Of a DNA stretch of 64,000 nt, positions 52,110 through 64,000 are shown in pieces (within the stretch, counting starts at the first letter, position 1; each line of letters starts with the position of its first letter). Location of the stretch: assembly GCF_006345805.1 (NCBI RefSeq), contig NC_042997.1, positions 145,576,001-145,640,000 on the forward strand, in the 5' to 3' direction. A model generated the notes under the pieces. The model worked only from the letters and a program-made list of their open reading frames with translations, was not told the DNA's origin and did not search any database. The DNA comes from Octopus sinensis. Taxonomy: Eukaryota. Both the position numbers and the translations under genes were made by a program.

Positions 52110-52900
52110 TCCGTTGGGCAGCTAATTCCCACAACTGAATACAGTTTCTCTTCTCTACCCCAAATCATTATATCAGGTCTGTTGTGCTTAAATTTTATTG
52201 AGGTCCTCACTGGTACATTCCACCAGCATTCCTTTTTATTATGAGAGACTATGGCTTCTACTATATTTTGGGTTCTTATTTCATTATAGAGTGTCCTAGC
52301 TACAACATCGTGTCTCAATGGTAGATAATACCGTCATGACATTTTCGGACATCTGTATATGATGTGCGTGATATCTTCAGTAAGAATTCCACAAAGTCTG
52401 CATCGGTTGTCACATTTTATAGCTTTTGCTGCATCTTTATCCCTTTTGCGCATCAAGCACTTGGTTGATATTTCCTGTTCCTGGATTGCAAACGCATACC
52501 CTTCAAAGTGGAAGGTAGTAATCTGGCTATAGGTCCATGATTAACTGCTTTGATGATCGATGTTACTATCATGACGGAGCTTTCTATTGACATATCCATG
52601 AATAGTCTTCTGCTTGAATAGGCTCATTCATTTATTTGATGATACATTGCAGTAGAGTCGAGCAACTTCTTTCGGCATGTATTCTAGGTTATCCGACAAA
52701 AACTGTTGCTCAAGGAGCTGCCTTCCAAGTCTTATGATGTTATCAGCCTCATGTATGCAAACTTGGTCAAGGGATGCACTTCGACACTTGGTGGTTAGAA
52801 GGTGTTGCCCGAAGTGATATGATGCGACATTCAAAGGCATTTTGGATTGGTGTTAAGATTCTGCCGCCTTGTTTTCGTTTTAGCTAGAGGCGGTCTACGT
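52110..52900 (-). pseudogene. R4/Dong-type retrotransposon fragment (CCHC knuckle plus RLE)
   Basis: HFEGYAFAIQEQEISTKCLMRKR...CDNRCRLCGILTEDITHIIYRCPKMS, RHDVVARTLYNEI, WWNVPVRTSIKFKHNRPDIMIW...ISCPTDVNI. Confidence 0.9.
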
Positions 52901-52999
52901 CACTGTTTATGTGGGAATTATGCGTGCTTGTCCGTATTTTTCGGGTTCTCACGTATGTATGTATTTGTGTATGTATGTATCTCTCGCTGTCTCTGTCTT

Positions 53000-53380
53000 C
53001 AGGAGTGGCTGTGTGGTAAGTAGCTTGCTAACCAACCACATGGTTTCGGGTTCAGTCCCACTGCGTGGCATCTTGGGCAAGTGTCTTCTGCTATAGCCCC
53101 GGGCCGACCAATGCCTTGTGAGTGGATTTGGTAGACGGAAACTGAAAGAAGCCTGTCGTATATATGTATATATATATGTGTGTGTGTGTTGTTGTTCCCC
53201 TAGCATTGCTTGACAACCGATGCTGGTGTGTTTACGTCCCCGTAACTTAGCGGTTCGGCAAAAGAGACCGATAGAATAAGTACTAGGCTTACAAAGAATA
53301 AACCTTGGGGTCGATTTGCTCGACTAAAGGCGGTGCTTCTGCATGGCCGCAGTCAAATGACTGAAACAAGTAAAAGAGTA
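53000..53380 (+). mobile_element. SINE family A, full length
   Basis: Head aggagtggctgtgtggtaagtagc through tail gactgaaacaagtaaaagagtaaaa. Confidence 0.92.
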
Positions 53381-53397
53381 AAATCGATATAATATAT

Positions 53398-53428
<31 letters not shown>

Positions 53429-53840
53429 GGTTCAACTTTTGGCACCAGGCCAGCAAGTTCAAGCGGAAAGGGTACGTCGATGACATAGACCCCACTGCCT
53501 TTCTTCTCTTTGGGATCGATAAAGTATCAGTCAAGTACTGGTATCGATGTAATCGGCTTACTCTTTTCCTTAAGAAAATTGCAAGCCTTAAACCCTTCAA
53601 CGGACCGCGTCCTACTCAGGGGTATGTTGTGATCTCGCTTACATGTTCACAATGGAATCGGGTAACCGTCTTTTTTAAAAAGATATATCTTTGCTGGGAC
53701 ACCGCCTTGAAGTATATTTTTGTCGAATAAATCGACCCTAATAGTTTTTTTAAACCTGGAGCTTATTCTCTCGGACACTTTTCGCCGATCTGTTAAGTTA
53801 CAGGGACGCAAAAAGACCATCACTGATTGTCAAACGATGT

Positions 53841-53881
<41 letters not shown>

Positions 53882-54991
53882 ATCAATGCGATTCTTTCAG
53901 TATCAAATCCACTCACAAGATTTTGGTTGACCCGAGGCAATAGTAGGAGAAACTTAGCCAAGGTGCTACGAGTGGAACTGAACCCGAGTAAAACAAATAT
54001 CACTGGTCCGGTCTTTTGGTGTCTTTCCTATTTCCCATTCCATTTTGAATATTATGTGTAAAATGATAATCCGTATTTTTCTTCTCTTGTTTTTACTATT
54101 TCGGCATCCATGGCATCTATATCGGTGGCTTTAAGCATATTCATTCTTTGTATTGCCTTTCCATTTCGTCTATTATTATTGCTATCCGAGTATCTACATC
54201 AGATGGACTATCCAGGATTTCTGCCATTGCTTCTGTATTGAATGTCGATTTAGTGTTAACATGTGCAAAATGGTCTTTCTAGAATTGAAGTAGTTCGGTT
54301 GTGTTTGTATGTTAATTTAACTGTATGGTATAAGTATTTCTCCTCTTCCCCTACATTTCACTGACTGACTTCTATTGTTCTCGCAATCAACTTCTAGAAG
54401 TTCTATTTTGTCTTTAGGTTCTTGTTTCTTTTGTACATTCACTGATGCTTTGACTATTTTGTATCGCTCGTCTTTCACAATATCGTTGGAGTTTTTCAAC
54501 ATTTTTCTTCTATTTTTCTGCCATTGTTCGCAGACTGTATTTCTGAAGGTAGGCCTGTCTAATACTTGCGTTCAAGTGCTTTCAAGCTGACAGCATCTTC
54601 TTATTGCTATGTTTGAAGTTTCTTTGAAAGACGCACACACTTACATTGTCTATTTCAACTGTCTCCAGCTATATTTTAAACTTTCAAGTTAGTCCTTTAT
54701 CAGCAACTTCGTTCATGTCGCACAATTTTAACACCATTTGTATTTTACTTTGCTTTTCTGGTTTCATCTAAAATTTGACAAGAACAGTAAGATTCAAACC
54801 TATCTCATCCGTTTGGTTTCAACTTGTCTTCAGTAACAAATAATATATTCTATCCGATTGCGGGTTGAGACTAATGTTGCCTGTCTGTTCATTGAGTGGT
54901 AGAAAAAATGTATTTATTACACTGAACCATAATAGATCTAGCGACTTCAACAGGAATGCATTTTGCAACAAAAGCCAATATGAGAGTTTCT

Positions 54992-55224
54992 TATTTCATT
55001 ATTGCCCACAAGGAGCCAAACATAGAGGGGAAAAACAAGGACAGACAAAGGGATTAAGTCGATTACATCGATCCCAGTGCGTAACTGGTACTTAATTTAT
55101 TGACCCTGAAAGGAGGAAAGGCAAAGTCTACCTCAGCGGAATTTGAACTCAGAGCGTAGCGACAGACGAAAGATCGCTAAGCATTCCGCCCGGCGTGCTA
55201 ACGTTTCTGGTAGCTCTCCGCCTT
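54992..55224 (-). mobile_element. Full-length SINE family B with 20-bp target-site duplication
   Basis: aagccaatatgagagtttct at 54972-54991 and 55225-55244. Confidence 0.92.
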
Positions 55225-55339
55225 AAGCCAATATGAGAGTTTCTCCCTTGGTATCTACCACAGTATAGTTTGTTCTAACAGAATATCCATATTTAAGTGG
55301 GGATTAATATTACCTGCCAGTATTAATACTGCTTCTGAA

Positions 55340-55406
<67 letters not shown>

Positions 55407-55435
55407 ATATATATATATATGTATATATATATATA

Positions 55436-55657
55436 GTTAATCCAAAAAAGAAAACACAGAAAAAAACACAGAAAAAAAAAACACAGCAAACGCGAGGACG
55501 TGGAACAATTAAAGTATTATTTGACGCTCAGGAAAGAAGGGAAGGAGGGTTTAACGTTTCGAGCGGAGCTCTTCGTCGGAAACAAGGAGAAGGAAAGATC
55601 CCGAGAAGGGAAGACATAGGAAAAAAATATTTTTGCTGGTGGTGCTCAAGAGATCAC

Positions 55658-55660
<3 letters not shown>
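55436..55660 (-). mobile_element. Penelope-like pseudo-LTR fragment (family 3) inserted in (TA)n
   Basis: T-rich on the minus strand, carries a minimal hammerhead, and has TA arrays on both sides. Confidence 0.7.
55549..55583 (-). ncRNA. Minimal type I hammerhead with a U4-to-C core substitution (probably inactive)
   Basis: Minus strand GUUU-CCGACGA-A-GAGC-UCC-GCUC-GAAAC-GUU-AAAC; stems I and II are intact and stem III is palindromic ACGU. Confidence 0.75.
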
Positions 55661-55725
<65 letters not shown>

Positions 55726-56577
55726 TCAACAAGCTCACTTGTTCTGGCTCTGTTATTTTATATATCGCTACGGTGATGAATCGAAACTATCTGTAACGGT
55801 GAAGTTTCTATTACTGGCAAGATCAAGGAAGGTCGAAATAACGTGATCTGGTGGTCTCAGCTCTGGAAGTGGCGGGGATTTTTTTCCCTGCTAGCGATAT
55901 AAGGAACAGTGCATTGTGCATGAAAAGCCGATATATGAGTTTCTGTCATGTTAACAACCACAGTGTAGTTTGTTCTAACAAAACATCACCGTTTAAGTGA
56001 AGATAAATATTACCTCTCAGCTTCTGTTGCTAATATATATTTTGCAATAGATCTGGTCCTGACCCGCTTGGTTCCATAAACCTCATTCTTCTGTAACATT
56101 AGAAAATGTGTGGTAATGAAAGTGGAAATATTCTAGAATTATGTAATAGTTTTTGCTTGTAAGTCGTCAAAAAATGCATATGACATTGTAACTTGAGTCG
56201 GGGCCAAAGATTAGGAAAATGTTTATCATTCCATTTTCCATCTGAAAGACGTAGTATGTGAAGGTGAAATGTTGCTGCAGTACCTTCATATCAGTAACAA
56301 AGCCATACTATGCAGCTGAATGTTGATATAGAGTCCTACAGTAACTTGGCTTACAGTAAAGTGACTTACTAGGAATATTGGCCAATAATACACTTAACAA
56401 TGAACATAACTTAATTGGTTTCGTCTACTCCAAGAAGCACAGTTCTTGGATACACTCTGGTAAACTGTCTAAGACGAGCGATGGAATACTGAGGAGAAGC
56501 AAAACTTTGAGCAATCAAAGGTGTCAGCGGAGTATTTTCCCAAAGAAAATTCCATTAGTAATGACCTATACTACAGT

Positions 56578-56733
56578 CACTAGCGTAGCTACAGCGTGTG
56601 CCTCCCGGGGTGACCCTTTCGTTTTCTACACCCGGAACCCCACAATAAACAAATATTGCCTAGAACAGAGTGGTATCCCTTTAAAAGTGCCGCCCGGGGC
56701 CGACCGCCTCCCCTCATCCCCAGCTACGCTAGT
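56578..56733. mobile_element. hAT-like MITE
   Basis: Perfect TIR cactagcgtagct / agctacgctagtg; flanks actacagt and acaacaat match at 6 of 8 positions (decayed 8-bp TSD). Confidence 0.85.
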
Positions 56734-57048
56734 GACAACAATGTTGTATAGCAGATACCTATTTCTGCAGACATGGCTTCATTGCGGAGATAATCTTGGG
56801 CACGTTCTCTTGGGATATTCTTCAGCAAACGATTAGCTTTTTTCTTACCGTAGCAACATGAATTTATATAAGGTCCTCAGTCCGAGGAACATGCGATATT
56901 AAGGCTTCAAAAATCCCGACAGCGTTTATCATTAAGTGAAATGTAAGAAGGCTTAAAGACAAATACAAGCTAGAACTACGAGTAAACGAAACAAAGAACT
57001 TTGAAAATCACGTTTTTCATGTTTCTGAAACATTTGCATGTATGTGTA

Positions 57049-57132
<84 letters not shown>

Positions 57133-57143
57133 GAGAGAGAGAG

Positions 57144-57175
<32 letters not shown>

Positions 57176-57460
57176 CAATAAGAAAATGGAGGGGATCAAT
57201 AGGTGGTTCATCAACTTTTGACATTATATTGTTCTCTTATTTATTTACTAAACTGATAATTACAAGAATATACATACATGTATGACATACATAACATATT
57301 ATGTTTTACATATAAAAATATATTAATGTATTAAGATACCAGTAATTATTAAACTATAACATACAAGAATATAAATTGGGAAAATAACTTACAGCTGTTT
57401 CAGCCAAGAGGCAAATATATATATATATATCCATGTGTATGTGTTTATGTATATATACAT

Positions 57461-57858
57461 ACTAGCAGTATCGCCCGGCGTTGCTCGGGTTTGTAAAGGA
57501 AATAACTATATAAGCATTTTTAGACATGTAAAGTATAATAGCCATCTCAATATGGCTAACCACAAGGGGGGGGGTGTTACTGTAGCTTTTTACGTTCTGA
57601 GATTTGATAATAAATTTTTAGAGAGTTACTTCCCTTATAAATGCCAAAAATGGATTAAAAATGGGAAAAATTGATGGTAATTTTTTTTTAAATCGTAGAC
57701 TCATCGTAGACGCGCGCTAATACCCAGAAGGGCTCGATATGAATCACGACTATAAGATACCCGGTTTTGGTTAGACTGCACCGCAAAATGTGGGAGTAGT
57801 TAGGAATCTAAATCGTAGGAGACAGACAGCACACAACTTTACTTTTATATATAAAGAT
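57461..57858 (+). mobile_element. Non-autonomous Helitron/Helentron-like element
   Basis: Same 5' end as 42584 (actagcagtatcgcccggcgttgctcgggtttgtaa); 3' end acagacagcacacaactttacttttatatataaagat. Confidence 0.7.
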
Positions 57859-58343
57859 ATGTAATGAACATAATGAACGGGGAAAAGTCTCATAGACTCG
57901 TAGCATGTGCTATAAAATGCAGTTCAAATATAATTAGATAAATGGGATTAAGTAAGGATTATTCACGAATCAGGTTTAAGCGATCATAAGCCTGTTTTAC
58001 TGCAACCGGTTATATAATACAATGTTATCTCACAAGTTCACTCCTAGCTTTTACAGGAAAAATCCTCCCGTACGACCATGACAAAGCTTATTAACAAATG
58101 CACGCATCCAATTATGCGCCATATTTGAAAAATCGCTTGTACACATATACATAACGGCACACACACATACACACAAACTCACTCAAACACACAACACACA
58201 CACACACACAAATGCATACAGAGTTTGGTTTCCGCTTAACATAGACTGGACGTATATGAGTTTGTATAGTTTCATAATGCGGAAATGATTTTACATTTTG
58301 GTAAATATTTGTATAAAGACGCACGTATAAATCTATCAATCTA

Positions 58344-58390
<47 letters not shown>

Positions 58391-58393
58391 GCC

Positions 58394-58432
<39 letters not shown>

Positions 58433-58491
58433 CTGTCTGTCTGTCTGTCTGCCTGCCTGCTTGTCTGTCTGTCTGTCTGTCAGTTTGTTTG

Positions 58492-58576
<85 letters not shown>

Positions 58577-58612
58577 TTATCTATCTATCTATCTGTCTGT
58601 CTGTCTGTCTAT

Positions 58613-58680
<68 letters not shown>

Positions 58681-59013
58681 TTATCTATCTACCTATCTAG
58701 CTATCTATCTATCTATCTGTCTGTCTATCTATCTATCTTTGTCCGTCTCTTCTTCTCTTTTACCGAATACTCTTTTACCCACTCATGTATGTATGCAAGT
58801 ATGTATGTATATATGGATGTATATACGTGTGTATGTGTGTGTGAGTGTGTGTATTCTTTTATTCTTTTAATCGTTGCAGCCATGTAGCTGTGGTCATAGA
58901 CATACACACGCACAGCACACGGACACATGCGGTATAAAGTAGTATATAATATATATATTAATGTGGTGTGTTGTGTGTGTGGTATGTGTATATATATATT
59001 TACCATACACACA

Positions 59014-59082
<69 letters not shown>

Positions 59083-59205
59083 TATATATATACATATTTA
59101 TATTTTATAATTATATATATATATTACAAATATATACATATCATGCTTACATACATATATATATTGTGTGTGTGTGTGCGTGCGTGTGTGTGTGTGTATG
59201 CGTGC

Positions 59206-59243
<38 letters not shown>

Positions 59244-60034
59244 TGTGTGTATGTGTGTATGTCTAGTATATCAATCATGCTGATAGGTATGTATACATAT
59301 TTCAAAGTACGCAGACATATGTAGAAGATGATACATATGTAGAAAACATTTATTTGTATTTGTAGAAATATTTATAGCCTATCATACTGGTTCTGACAAC
59401 AGCCAAAATAGTTTATAAATTAAACCAGAGAGATAGATAGACATACAGACAGATAGACAGATAGACAGACAGACAGAAAGATAGATAGACAGAGAGATAG
59501 ATAGATAGAGAGAAGGAGAGGTGGGGGAGGCAGAGGGAAATTAAATATATGGAAAGCAGATTATCACTACATCTAGGTATGTGCATGTATATTGCTGTAA
59601 CACGCCAGCTGTTGTCGGATCAGGTGCGTTGGTTTGCCACATGGTATCTGAGAGAGGATCTCTTTCAAACAAAGCAGCCTAAAACCTCTGAATAAAATGC
59701 AGTGAACTGAAGCTGATTTGTGCCAACGTTGAAATTGTATAATTCATGTTGTCTAAACTTCTCAAATGACTTCTGAACATGCTTTTTTTTTTTTTTTTCT
59801 TCTGTTTTTAATGTTTGTGTATAATGTGTGTGAGGGGATGGATCCTGAGGTTTTGTACATGGTGATGTGAAGTCGCCATAGTATTTTAATGATATACAAA
59901 AGTTTCCTTTCATTATTTTACAATTTTGTCTCTCTCTATATAGTTTTAGTACCATCTCAAATACAATGCCGTAAAAAAGTATAGATACATATGTATTGTT
60001 TCTATGTGTTTATATGTATGTATATATATATATA

Positions 60035-60091
<57 letters not shown>

Positions 60092-60464
60092 GTATATATA
60101 TATTAATGTGTGTGTGTGTGTATATATATATTGTGTGTGTGTGTCTTTTTCTTTCACCTGTTTCAGTCATTAGACTTTGCCCTTGCTGGGAATCGATTCC
60201 AGTACTTATTTTTTAAGCCTGGTACTTATTCTATCAGTCTGTTTTGTTGAACCGCTAAGTTACAGGGGCGTAAATACACCAACATCTGTTGTCAAGTAGT
60301 GACCGGGGTACAAACTCAAGCACACACACACACACACGCATGTATACGACAGGCTTCTTTGAGATTCCATCTAACAATACATAGATGCATTTACGTGCTT
60401 ACATACTTATCTATCAATCAATCTATCTGTCTGTGTATGTGTGTATGCATGTGTGCGTGCGTGC

Positions 60465-60499
<35 letters not shown>

Positions 60500-61010
60500 T
60501 ATGTACAAGTAACTCGAGTAAAATTTGATGCAAAACGGAAAGAAGGAATCAAAAATATATAGTATCAGGTCAGACATACGAAAGAACATGTCTAAAAAGG
60601 GTGGAAATATATAGCAGTAAAACAACAAAGAAGTGTACAAAGAAGCGCGATATGCATATAATATCTTATAGAAAGAAATGTCCTTATTAAAATATGAGAG
60701 AATATCAAGTTTTTTAAAAATATGACACTACAATGGTAATTCTATTCAAATGTGCAGCTGGACTAATTTCAACAGACTTGGTTTGTCAGAGCGGCTGGCA
60801 GTATGTACGGCCGGGCAACTGACCAGCTTTCTTGGAATACTCAAGTTATTGCAGTTAGCGAGGTGATTGGAATCCTATGTGTTTAATGAATGTCGTACGT
60901 TGAAAGGTGAAGGTTGTGGTGTGAAAAATCAAGATGGGAAGACGAGGTATAAATTAAGGTCAGATGAGATCAAGTGTCCACGGTTGTTAGGAAGTACATA
61001 TTGATTGCGA

Positions 61011-61048
<38 letters not shown>

Positions 61049-62153
61049 ACACATATATATATATATATATATACGACGGATCTCTTTCAGTTTTCATCTA
61101 CCAAAATCCACTCACAAGGTTTTGGTTGGCCCAAAGCTATAGTAGAAGACACTTGGCCAATGTGGAACTGAATCCAGTACCATGTGGTAGAAATGCAAGC
61201 TTCCTACCACACAACCACGCATGTGCATTTATATAAACACACACATGAATACATGCGTGGCACCTTGGGAAAGTGTCTTCTGCTATAACCTTGGGTCGAA
61301 CAAAGCCTTGTGAGTTCAAAGTTCAAAGACTTATGAAAATGTATATTTCTTTACAGTTGTATAGTCAAGTCCCATATCCGTGTAATTTCATGTTTTGCAT
61401 GAACAAACATGGAATTACATAGAATCTCTACCACATGGTACTGGATTCAGTTCCACATTGGCAAAGTGACTTTCTTTATTTTTCAATGATAACCGTATCC
61501 GCTCCTCTTTTCTTATTTTTCCATCCTACTTCCCAAAATTGACATCTTTGAAAGCCCTTGTGAGAAAAAGGGTTTATTTACAAATATGTTGATAGGTATA
61601 CAATAGAAAAGAAAAAGAAAGAAGAAAGAAAATGCTTTGTAATGAAATTTCAATGAATTGACCACATCATGTTGAAAAGAATCCCTTCTCTCTGTCTCTC
61701 TCTCCTCTCTCCTTTCCCCATCCTTTATAATTTTTATTCATCTTCTTAATTGTCCTGAATCCTCTTTCCCTCCTTTCCTTTTCTTTCTTTATCTTCCCCT
61801 TTTTCTAAAAAAGAAAAAAACAAAAACAAAAATATTATGCTCCTCTTCTAAACAAAGCAAAAAACATCCGACTTATATAAATGAACAACGAAGCATCCCG
61901 TTTTTACCATTTTGATTTTGATTTTGTCATGACGAGTTCAAAAAACGAACGAATGCGCTAATAAAAAAATTATTCAAAATTCTGACTGCCTCTTTTTGCT
62001 CAATATACAATATCTGCACACCACTTCAAACACGCCATACATACATACATACATACATACATACATACATACATACATACATACATACATACATACATAC
62101 ATACATACATGCATACATACATACATACATACATACATACATACATACATACA

Positions 62154-62185
<32 letters not shown>

Positions 62186-63059
62186 AATATATATGTTCGG
62201 GCACCCTCATTGGTTCGGGTAGTGGATAGTTTTAGGTACAAGTCATCCGCCAGCTGGTGAATGGCTGTGTATCGAGAGAGTAAATGATAAGAGGTTTCCC
62301 CAGCTGCAGGAGTGAAATGGCTGATTTCAATGATTAATAATACAGCAGGTCATGTAATAATATCTTACAGCAATTAAACAAACTCTAAGTTAAACCTGAT
62401 ATTATATGGTGTCAAGTTTGGTGTATCTCGTTTAACGTAAGTCTATAAACCAGTGAGAGGTCTTCTAGATGATCGATCAAACGTAATCGACCATAGTCGA
62501 TATAGATGTTGGAAATATTGGGATAGTTATTTAGAATACATTTGAACTCTATCTATTCAGCTGGAGTTGATCTAAGAGAATGATGAACTTGGTGCTGACT
62601 TCAAGTGTGCATAGATATGCTCGTCTGGATCAGACTAGACCTGATCTAGGGTACACACAGTGAATTGGCACTCTTATTAACACATCAGATAGAGAGCGTT
62701 GCAAACCATGTTCAAATCCCACCGAATTAGGATTTGCTTTTTCTCTTTCCAGGTCATTTCAGGATTCTGACCTGGTGAGACGCATTATATTTCTTATCTC
62801 AGTGAAACAAGCTCGCTCTTCCCATGAATATCAGCTTATTTTTAGCTTAAAGCTTTTGTCACAATCTTTATACTCGCAGTCGTTCGCTCGAACTACATGA
62901 AAAAGCAGCAAATTTATCTTCATATCACACTTTGACACCTTAAGAAATGCTTGGAGGGTGTGGTGTGAGAGTTACATAGTAATTCCGTAAAGAGATAGCA
63001 TGATAACGAAAGGAGTTGCTTTTCATTTTGCAATGACTTAAACAAAAAGACAAAAGCAC

Positions 63060-63650
63060 AACTCGTTGGGAGTCCTAAATCGCTGGGATGAAAGGGTGAA
63101 GTTATCTGAATATTGGAAAAGAGTTACCCGTATCATGATGATTCATGTTGGGTATCAAAATGCCGACATCATGATTGCTGCCGAATGCTTTGTGAACACT
63201 GTAAAAGCTGTAAGATACGACATGGTCAGTTGCGACAGAAACTACAAAACCGTGCAAATATGAAAGGGAAGAGGAGGCGTTCTGACTACGACCGTACGCC
63301 GGAATTCACCCCCATATCTTTGAACAAGACCTTAGCCTCAATTCAGACAGTTATGTGAGGTTTCTTGAGACGGTGTGGTCAAATCCTGCTTAGAGAAGGT
63401 TGCTAATGGAAAACCATCTGTGAAGCGGCCGGATTCGATACCCTGCCGTACCTCCGAAAAGTGTCAGAAGTAATAATTGTCGGAGAATTTCTACCACTTC
63501 ATCACCCCCCCATTTTCTGGCCTCCTAATTTCCCCAGTTATATAATTCCATAAATTACTATGTGTGGGGTATGGTTGAGAAAGAGACTAACCGGAGCAGT
63601 CTTGAGGCCGTGGTGGAAGATGAGGGCAACTACTTTGAGTAAACTGTTAT
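63060..63650 (+). pseudogene. Internally deleted Tc1/mariner (maT-like) element
   Basis: N-terminal WKRVTRIMMIHVGYQNADIMIAAEC, then YVRFLET...KVANGKP, WPPNFP...YYVWGMVEKETNR, LEAVVEDEGNYFE; related to 21410-22107. Confidence 0.8.
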
Positions 63651-63667
63651 CTCTCAGCCATAATCTA

Positions 63668-64000
63668 CTCTTACTCTTTTACTCTTTTACTTGTTTCAGT
63701 CATTTGACTGCAGCCATGCTGGAGCACTGTCTTTAGTCGAGCAAATCGACCCCAGGACCTATTCTTTTAAGCCTTGTACTTATTCTATCGGTTTCTTTTG
63801 CCGAACCGCTAAGTTACGGGGACGTAAACACACCAGCATCTGTTGTCAAGCGATGTTGGCAAGAGGACAAACACGGACACACAAACATACACATACACAC
63901 ATACACATAAATATATACATATATACGACAGGCTTCTTTCAGTTTCCGTCTACCAAATGCACTTACAAGGCTTTGGTCGAGGCTATAGTAAAAGACACTT
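63668..64000 (-). mobile_element. SINE family A (runs off the window end)
   Basis: Near-consensus tail and body. Confidence 0.9.

Noticed and set aside
54200-54700. K/E-rich minus-strand ORF remnants resembling LINE ORF1
   Set aside because: Composition only, with no diagnostic motif; could not be assigned.

Overview
AT-rich eukaryotic genomic DNA, almost certainly octopus. This is inferred from the cephalopod-type tRNA-derived SINE families and the very high (TA)n/(TACA)n/(CA)n/(TATC)n microsatellite density. No intact protein-coding gene is visible, and nearly all six-frame ORFs are microsatellite or transposon artefacts. The window looks like a large intron or intergenic tract filled with three SINE families, decayed LINEs (CR1/L2, RTE, R4/Dong-type RLE), DNA-transposon remnants (Tc1/mariner, MULE, hAT, Kolobok-like, Tigger-like, Helitron/Helentron) and several Penelope-like elements (PLEs). 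The most interesting signal is RNA structure. At least five hammerhead-ribozyme motifs are present. Three of them (8003-8064, 16842-16902, 10106-10170) have the catalytic-core segments in a NON-circularly permuted order: cleavage-site strand, then GAAA strand, then CUGANGA strand. The two homologous copies show compensatory base changes, and each motif has a hairpin just upstream. They lie in PLE pseudo-LTR-like repeats, one of them next to a GIY-YIG endonuclease remnant, and one family appears to be an intron-retaining mini-PLE. Two conventional minimal type I hammerheads with palindromic stem III also occur (24891-24938, in a 188-bp tandem; 55549-55583, minus strand). All pairings were worked out by eye and none is experimentally tested.
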